Source of the DNA: an uncultured Actinomycetota bacterium
GTDB lineage: Bacteria > Actinomycetota > Actinomycetes > Actinomycetales > Microbacteriaceae
Direction: 5' to 3'
Assembly: GCA_963716965.1 (NCBI GenBank)
Contig: CAVQUZ010000001.1
Coordinates: forward strand, 524,061 to 588,060
DNA length: 64,000 nucleotides
The position numbers were made by a program, and so were the translations under genes. The notes beneath the pieces were generated by a model that saw nothing but the letters and a program-made list of their open reading frames with translations, made no database searches and was not told where the DNA came from. Shown in pieces: positions 58,545 to 64,000 of this stretch; position 1 is the first letter of the stretch, and each line of letters begins with the position of its first letter.

Positions 58545-59174
58545 GTGAGCGACTCCTTCCACCGTCCGGTGCGGGTGCCGACCGAGCACTTCGACTTCAT
58601 CGCCGGGGGTGCCGACCCGGCTTCCGTGAGCCGCTCCGCGCACGAGACAGCCGCGGCGCTCGTGCGCCGTGTCCGTGCAGACCCTGACCCCGTCGTGGTG
58701 GACCGACTGGTGGTGTTCGCCGAGCGCGAGGGGATCGACGCCGTCGCGGAACTCTGGTCGCGGGCGAGCGCGCATTCGCTGCCGGGGGCGTTGTGGCGGG
58801 TGTACCTGGCGCGGGAGATGGTGCGGGGCGATCCTGCATCGGTCGCGCTCTTCTTCGAGCGGGGGGTGGAGCGCCTGGAGTCCATCGATCCGGTCGTCGC
58901 CGGTGCGCCGCGGCCGGCCGGCCCCGACGAGATCCTGGCCGTCGCGGACGAGATCCTGCGGGGTGTGTTCGACGGTGATCTCGCGGTCGCGCTGGACCGC
59001 GCGGCGTCGTTCTGCCGGGTCACCGCCGCCGGCTGCACCGACATCGCCGATGCGTCGGACGCGACCGAGCCGCAGCGGGCATCCGAACTCACCCGACGGG
59101 CCGCCAGGCTCGCCGCGATGGCCGCTGACCTGAGCGTCTGCGCGGTGCTCTGGCGAGAGGGCGCTTTAGACTAG
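58545..59174 (+). CDS. Hypothetical protein (209 aa), no recognisable domain
   Basis: A GTG-start ORF with consistent codon bias, Asp/Ala/Arg-rich and predicted helical. It is convergent with pstB. Confidence 0.5.
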   Translation: MSDSFHRPVRVPTEHFDFIAGGADPASVSRSAHETAAALVRRVRADPDPVVVDRLVVFAEREGIDAVAELWSRASAHSLPGALWRVYLAREMVRGDPASVALFFERGVERLESIDPVVAGAPRPAGPDEILAVADEILRGVFDGDLAVALDRAASFCRVTAAGCTDIADASDATEPQRASELTRRAARLAAMAADLSVCAVLWREGALD

Positions 59175-59387
59175 ATGCCGGTCGTTCGCGGCCACGCCGG
59201 ACCGCAGTAACCCCGGGCTCCATATATAGCCGCTTCGAGCGGCCTCGCGCCGAGAGGCGTTTCTGCGGTCCGGCACTCCTCTTCCGCCACATCGGCGCCT
59301 CGCCGGACCTGGCCCGCGCTTCGGCAGGACTCACGCACGTCCTGCTGGAGTGCGCGGGGGCCGTGCTCCGGGGGTCGCCGAGCGGGA

Positions 59388-60167
59388 TCAGCCGAAGCGG
59401 CCGGAGACGTAGTCCTCGGTCGCCCGCTCGGTGGGCCGGGAGAACATGATGCGCGTGTCGTCGTACTCGATGAGCTTGCCCGGCTTGCCGGTCCCGGCGA
59501 TGTTGAAGAACGCGGTGCGGTCCGAGACACGGCTGGCCTGCTGCATGTTGTGCGTCACGATCACGATCGTGTACTCGGTCTTGAGCGTCTCGATCAGGTC
59601 CTCGATCGCGAGGGTCGAGATCGGGTCCAGCGCCGAACAGGGCTCGTCCATCAGCAGCACGTCGGGTCGCACGGCGATCGCGCGAGCGATGCAGAGTCGC
59701 TGCTGCTGACCACCCGACAGGCCGTTGCCTGGCAGGTTCAGCCGGTCCTTCACCTCGTTCCAGAGGTTCGCGCCCATCAGCGAGGACTCGACGAGGTCGT
59801 CGGACTCCGACTTGCTGATGCGCTTGTTGTTGAGCTTCACTCCGGCCAGCACGTTCTCGCGGATGGACATCGTGGGGAAGGGGTTCGGACGCTGGAACAC
59901 CATGCCGACCTGGCGGCGCACGAGCACCGGGTCGACGCCGTCCGCGTAGAGGTTGCTGCCGTCGAGCAGCACCTCACCCTCGACGCGCGCGTGCGGGATC
60001 ACCTCATGCATGCGGTTCAGGGTTCGCAGGAACGTGGACTTCCCGCAGCCGGACGGACCGATGAAAGCGGTCACGGTGCGCGGCTCGATGGTCAGTGAAA
60101 CGCCTTCGACGGCGCGGAAGGAGCCGTAATACACGTTGAGATCTTTCACGGCGATGCGCTTGGACAC
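59388..60167 (-). CDS. pstB: Phosphate ABC transporter ATP-binding protein
   Basis: It has Walker A (GPSGCGKST), a signature ([16 protein letters not shown]), Walker B ([11 protein letters not shown]) and the PstB-specific N-terminus ([13 protein letters not shown]). Confidence 0.95.
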   Translation of the reverse strand: MSKRIAVKDLNVYYGSFRAVEGVSLTIEPRTVTAFIGPSGCGKSTFLRTLNRMHEVIPHARVEGEVLLDGSNLYADGVDPVLVRRQVGMVFQRPNPFPTMSIRENVLAGVKLNNKRISKSESDDLVESSLMGANLWNEVKDRLNLPGNGLSGGQQQRLCIARAIAVRPDVLLMDEPCSALDPISTLAIEDLIETLKTEYTIVIVTHNMQQASRVSDRTAFFNIAGTGKPGKLIEYDDTRIMFSRPTERATEDYVSGRFG

Positions 60168-60203
60168 GCGTTCGTCCGCCTTTCTTGTGGGTCGTCGCCG
60201 CGT

Positions 60204-61271
60204 TCAGCGGGCGATCTTGGGGGCGAACAGCCGGGCGATCAGTCGCGCGACCACGTTCAGGAGCAACACGATGAGGATCAGCACCAGCGCGCCGGTCCAG
60301 GCGCGCTCCAGGTAGGGCTGCACATCGGCGCCCGGCTGGGCGTACTGCGTGTAGACGAACACCGGCAAGGTCATCATGCGGCCGTTGAATAGGTCGTAGT
60401 TCATGCTGTCCGTGAAGCCGGCGATGAGCAGCAGGGGCGCGGTCTCGCCCATGACCCTGGCGACCGCGAGCATGATGCCGGTCACGATGCCGGCGAGTGC
60501 GGTCGGCAGCACGATCCTGACGATCGTCGCCCATTTCGGCACGCCGAGCGCGTAGGACGCCTCGCGCAGCTCGTTGGGCACGAGCTTCAGCATCTCCTCG
60601 CTCGAGCGCACGATGATCGGGATCATGAGCAGACTGAGCGCGACCGAGCCGCCGATGCCGAACCGGATGCCGGGATCGTTCGTCACGAGCGTGAAGAGCG
60701 CGAACGCGAACAGGCCCGCGACGATCGAGGGGATGCCGGTCATCACGTCGACGAGGAAGGTGATCGCGCGGGCGACCGCGCCGCTGCCGTACTCGACGAG
60801 GTAGATGGCGGTGAGCAGACCGATCGGCACCGAGATGACCGCGGCGGCGAGGGTCACCTCGAGGCTGCCGACGATCGCGTGGATCGCCCCGCCCCCCGCA
60901 CCGATGACGCCGCGCATCGAGAAGCTGAAGAAGTCGGCGTCGAACCGGCTGACACCGTCCACGATGACTGTGAAGAGCAGGCTGATGAGGGGCAGCAGGG
61001 CGATGCCGAACGCCGTGGACACGAGTGCGGTCACGAGACGGTCCTTGGCGCGTCGCGAGCCCTCGATGATGAACGAGATCACGTAGAGCGCGACGACCCA
61101 GAGCACGAGGCCGAAGAACACGGCGCCGGTGATGTTGTACGCGGCCGTCATCCGCGCGAGCAGGAAGATCAGGAACAGCCCGCCCGTGACCGCGAGGCTG
61201 ATGGCGAGCAGCCCGATCTGCGAGTGCTTCGGCAGGGTTCCCGGCCGCATGGAGCTCGAGACGACCATCGT
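60204..61271 (-). CDS. pstA: Phosphate ABC transporter permease
   Basis: It has six TMs and an EAA loop (ELREASYALGVPKWATIVRIVLPTAL). The start was set to the ATG 5 nt past the pstC stop. Confidence 0.9.
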   Translation of the reverse strand, partial: TMVVSSSMRPGTLPKHSQIGLLAISLAVTGGLFLIFLLARMTAAYNITGAVFFGLVLWVVALYVISFIIEGSRRAKDRLVTALVSTAFGIALLPLISLLFTVIVDGVSRFDADFFSFSMRGVIGAGGGAIHAIVGSLEVTLAAAVISVPIGLLTAIYLVEYGSGAVARAITFLVDVMTGIPSIVAGLFAFALFTLVTNDPGIRFGIGGSVALSLLMIPIIVRSSEEMLKLVPNELREASYALGVPKWATIVRIVLPTALAGIVTGIMLAVARVMGETAPLLLIAGFTDSMNYDLFNGRMMTLPVFVYTQYAQPGADVQPYLERAWTGALVLILIVLLLNVVARLIARLFAPKIAR

Positions 61272-61276
61272 GGCCA

Positions 61277-62224
61277 CTATGCGCCCTTTCCGCTGCCGCG
61301 TTGCCCGACGATCCATCGGGCGCCGGCATTGACGACGAAGGTGATGACGAAGAGGACGAGACCGGTCGCGATCAGGACGCTGATGTTGATGCCGAACGAC
61401 TCCGGGAACTGCAGCGCGATGTTGGAGGCGATCGTGGTCGGGTTCTGCGACTTGAGTAGGAAGAACGACACGATCAGGCTCGGGCTCAGCACCATCGCGA
61501 CGGCGAGCGTCTCACCGAGGGCCCTCCCGAGACCGAGCATCGACGCCGAGACGACGCCCGCGCGTCCGTAGGGCAGCACCGCGAGCCGGATCATCTCCCA
61601 TCGGGTCGCGCCGAGTGCGAGCGCGGCCTCCTCGTTGAGCCGCGGGGTCTGCAGGAAGATCTCGCGGGAGAGGGCCGTGATGATCGGGATGATCATGACC
61701 GCGAGCACGACGGAGACCGTCAGGATCGTGCGGCCGGTGCCGGACGACGGTCCTTGGAACAGCGGGAACCAGCCGAGTGTGGTGGAGAGGAACGAGTAGA
61801 AGGGCTGCACGAACGGTGCCAGCACGAGGGTGCCCCACAGGCCGAAGACGACGCTCGGCACGGCGGCGAGCAGATCGATGATCGTGCCGAGCGCTCTGGC
61901 GATGCGGCGCGGCGCGTAATGCGAGATGAACAGTGCGATCCCGATCGACAGGGGCAGCGCGATGACGAGTGCCAACGCCGCCGACCACACGGTGCCGAAC
62001 ACGAGCGGCCAGACATAGGCCCAGAAGTTCGGGAATCCGTTGTTGAGATCGGCCGCCTTGACGCCGAATGCGGGCAGGCTCTGCGCGATCAGGAAGATCG
62101 CGACCGCGGCGAGCGCGACGAGGATCAACAGGCCGGCGGCGAGTGCGCTCCCGGAGAAGATCCGGTCTCCGAGGTGTCGGGGGGTGCGCGGCGTGGCGCC
62201 GGCCGCCGGGATGGATGCCGTCAT
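61277..62224 (-). CDS. pstC: Phosphate ABC transporter permease
   Basis: 315 aa with six TMs and EAA (LNEEAALALGATRWEMIRLAVLP). Confidence 0.9.
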   Translation of the reverse strand: MTASIPAAGATPRTPRHLGDRIFSGSALAAGLLILVALAAVAIFLIAQSLPAFGVKAADLNNGFPNFWAYVWPLVFGTVWSAALALVIALPLSIGIALFISHYAPRRIARALGTIIDLLAAVPSVVFGLWGTLVLAPFVQPFYSFLSTTLGWFPLFQGPSSGTGRTILTVSVVLAVMIIPIITALSREIFLQTPRLNEEAALALGATRWEMIRLAVLPYGRAGVVSASMLGLGRALGETLAVAMVLSPSLIVSFFLLKSQNPTTIASNIALQFPESFGINISVLIATGLVLFVITFVVNAGARWIVGQRGSGKGA

Positions 62225-62327
62225 CGATTCCTGTCCGGTCGAGGTGTCGTGCCTGTGCTGGTGCGGACGCGCTCGTCCGCGATGCTAACCGGCCGGACGC
62301 GTTGGCGTCCGGCCGGTCGGCGGGGTG

Positions 62328-63428
62328 CTACTTGATGGAGGCTGCTGCGGCTTCCGCCTTGGTGAGCAGCGCGCCGGTCATCGGCGCGGAGCCGGCGGAC
62401 GAGGCCGCGGCCTGCTGGCCGTCGGCGCTCGTGACGTACTTCGCATAGGCGGCCACGAGGGCGCCCTTCGCGGAGTCGGTGTAGGTCTGGCAGGCGATGA
62501 AGTTGCTCACGAGCGTGATCGGGTACTCGGTGGCGTCGGTCGTCGTGCGGTTGATCTTCACGATGATGTCGTTCGCCGAGTCGCCGGCGGCGAGCGGGGA
62601 CGTTTCCGCGATCTTCGAGGCGCCTGCCGCGGTCGGAGCCACGTACGTGGTGCCGACCTTGACCTTCGCGACGTCGAGCTTGCCGGCCGAGGAGTTGTCG
62701 ACGTAGCCGATCGTGCCCTTGCCGTTCGTCACGGCGGAAACCACGCCGGAGCCCTTGAGTGCGCCGTCACCCGTGTTGTACGGGAAGACGTCGTTCTTGG
62801 CCTCGGTCCAGATGGACGGCGCGACCTGGTTCAGGTAATCGGTGAAGTTGTTCGTCGTGCCGGACTTGTCCGAGCGGTGCACCGGGTCGATCGCGAGATT
62901 CGGGAAGGTCTCGCCCGCGTTCAGCGCCTTGATGGCGGGGTCGTTCCAGTTCTTGATGGTCCCCTTGAAGATCTTCGCGATCGTGGCCGCGTCGAGGTTC
63001 AGGGTCTTCACGCCGCTGACGTTGAAGACGAGCGCGATCGGCGAGACGTAGACCGGGATGTCGATGCCCTTGGTGCCCGCCTTGCAGACCTTGAACGTGC
63101 TGGCGAGGTCGGCCGCCGCGAGCGGCGAGTCGCTGCCGGCGAAGTCGGCACCACCGGCGATGAACGCCGTTCGGCCGGCGCCGGACCCCTGCGGGTCGTA
63201 ATTGACGGTGACACCGGAGTTCGTCGTCTGGAACGCCTTCCGCCACGCGTCCTGGGCGTTCGACTGCGCAGACGAGCCGACGCCGTTCAGCTGGCCGGAA
63301 AGGGCGGCGGCCTGGGACGAACCCGAGGAACCGGTGGAGCTGGGGGTCTCGTTCGCGGCACACGATGACAGGGTCAGCGTGGCGGCGAGTGCGGCGCCGA
63401 TGGCGAGACCTACGCGCTTGGTGTTCAA
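62328..63428 (-). CDS. pstS: Phosphate-binding lipoprotein
   Basis: It has a signal peptide with an LSSC lipobox, then the PstS fold (LNGVGSSAQSNAQDAWRKAF ... DPQGSGAGRTAFIAGGADFAGSDSPL). Confidence 0.9.
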   Translation of the reverse strand: MNTKRVGLAIGAALAATLTLSSCAANETPSSTGSSGSSQAAALSGQLNGVGSSAQSNAQDAWRKAFQTTNSGVTVNYDPQGSGAGRTAFIAGGADFAGSDSPLAAADLASTFKVCKAGTKGIDIPVYVSPIALVFNVSGVKTLNLDAATIAKIFKGTIKNWNDPAIKALNAGETFPNLAIDPVHRSDKSGTTNNFTDYLNQVAPSIWTEAKNDVFPYNTGDGALKGSGVVSAVTNGKGTIGYVDNSSAGKLDVAKVKVGTTYVAPTAAGASKIAETSPLAAGDSANDIIVKINRTTTDATEYPITLVSNFIACQTYTDSAKGALVAAYAKYVTSADGQQAAASSAGSAPMTGALLTKAEAAAASIK

Positions 63429-63533
63429 GTGGTTGTCCTAACGGGTTGCGGTTGCATGGCACAACGCGGCGCAGGGCAAGGGGCGCGCCGAATCGTGCTC
63501 ACCGTAGGGAGAGTCGGTGTCCCGCCGACGGCG

Positions 63534-63555
63534 GGAACATGAACGCGAGGTGAAC
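63534..63555 (-). promoter_or_regulatory. PHO-box-like pair of 11-nt direct repeats (GTTCATGTTCC-GTTCACCTCGC on the pstS strand); candidate PhoP binding site
   Basis: Read in pstS orientation, two contiguous 11-nt units each begin with GTTCA, the actinobacterial PHO-box repeat-unit core. They lie about 105-125 bp upstream of the pstS start. Confidence 0.45.
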
Positions 63556-63578
63556 GGGCCGATCTTCAGGCCGAGTCG

Positions 63579-64000
63579 TTACCGACCCGCTGAATGCGTC
63601 TCGATCCCGAGGATCTTGTGCGGTGCCTCGCGCGCGAGGTGGACGACCGAGAACTCCGCCGTCGCCAGGATGCCCGCCCGGGAGATGCGCGCGCCGTTCG
63701 GGCTGCTCGTCGCCTCGGCGATCTGCTCGAGCAGTTCGGGCAGCACGGGAGCGTGGCTGCAGACGATCGCGGTCTGTCCGCGCTCGATGCGCTTCTCCAC
63801 GAGGCGGCGCAGGCGTCCGGGGTGGTGTCCCTCGAGCTCCCAACCGTCCTGGCTGATCGCGACGCGCTCCTTGACGGTCAGCCTGGCGGCTTTGGCGACG
63901 GGCGCCACCGTCGCGAGGCAGCGGGCGGCGGGGCTCGTCACCACGACGGTGGGGCCGAATGCGAGCAGCACGGGCACGATCGCCCTCGCCTGCTCGAGTC
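63579..64000 (-). CDS. Histidine phosphatase family protein (SixA-like), 5' end outside the window
   Basis: The ORF is open to the window edge. The C-terminal segment AIVCSHAPVLPELL carries the second catalytic His characteristic of the SixA/PGAM branch. Confidence 0.55.
   Translation of the reverse strand, partial: LEQARAIVPVLLAFGPTVVVTSPAARCLATVAPVAKAARLTVKERVAISQDGWELEGHHPGRLRRLVEKRIERGQTAIVCSHAPVLPELLEQIAEATSSPNGARISRAGILATAEFSVVHLAREAPHKILGIETHSAGR

Overview
This is a very high-GC (about 70%) actinobacterial chromosomal window. Genes are densely packed on both strands, and many neighbours are translationally coupled through GTGA or ATGA start/stop overlaps. I found no CRISPR array, integrase, transposase or phage genes, so it reads as core and accessory chromosome rather than a mobile island.

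In window order, the first 14 kb holds a MoxR AAA+ / DUF58 / transglutaminase-like triad, then glyA-folD and an aldose 1-epimerase. After that come a DUF3054 membrane protein, a 2OG-Fe(II) oxygenase, a UspA and two tandem crcB (Fluc) genes (the first with an apparent frameshift), then metY translationally coupled to a luciferase-like flavin monooxygenase. From 16 to 20 kb sits a compact SigK / anti-sigma RskA / fasciclin (MPT70/83-like) lipoprotein / DipZ cluster. Between 20 and 28 kb are an acyl-CoA thioesterase and a tautomerase, then a MocR-type regulator divergent from a stand-alone long-type argG. GTP-PEPCK (pckG) follows, divergent from a RamB-like XRE/DUF2083 regulator. From 28 to 36 kb a TetR-linked DHA2 MFS transporter carries a repetitive 200-aa loop insert. 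Next comes a hypoxia/dormancy-like module of an SPFH protein, a tandem USP, a GAF sensor kinase and a LuxR response regulator. From 36 to 39 kb are a MsiK-like sugar ABC ATPase, a fatty-acid desaturase and a VOC protein. Between 39.2 and 44 kb two efflux operons (tetR-mmpL and marR-MATE) have transporter genes shattered by many frameshifts. From 44.5 to 53 kb is an arabino-oligosaccharide utilisation locus with a LacI regulator, a GH51 enzyme, two tandem GH1-like paralogs, two permeases and a binding protein. The last part holds a phosphate module: a PiT transporter, pstSCAB with a PHO-box-like direct repeat, and a SixA-like phosphatase. It also carries a tRNA-Lys(UUU)-like gene whose anticodon loop is one nucleotide short.

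No single obviously novel multi-gene system stands out. The most unusual signals are the doubly degraded efflux operons, the aberrant tRNA, the indel-like lesions in crcB1 and at the sensor-kinase 3' end, the paired palindromic operator upstream of the MFS pump, and several co-transcribed hypothetical proteins with no recognisable domain.
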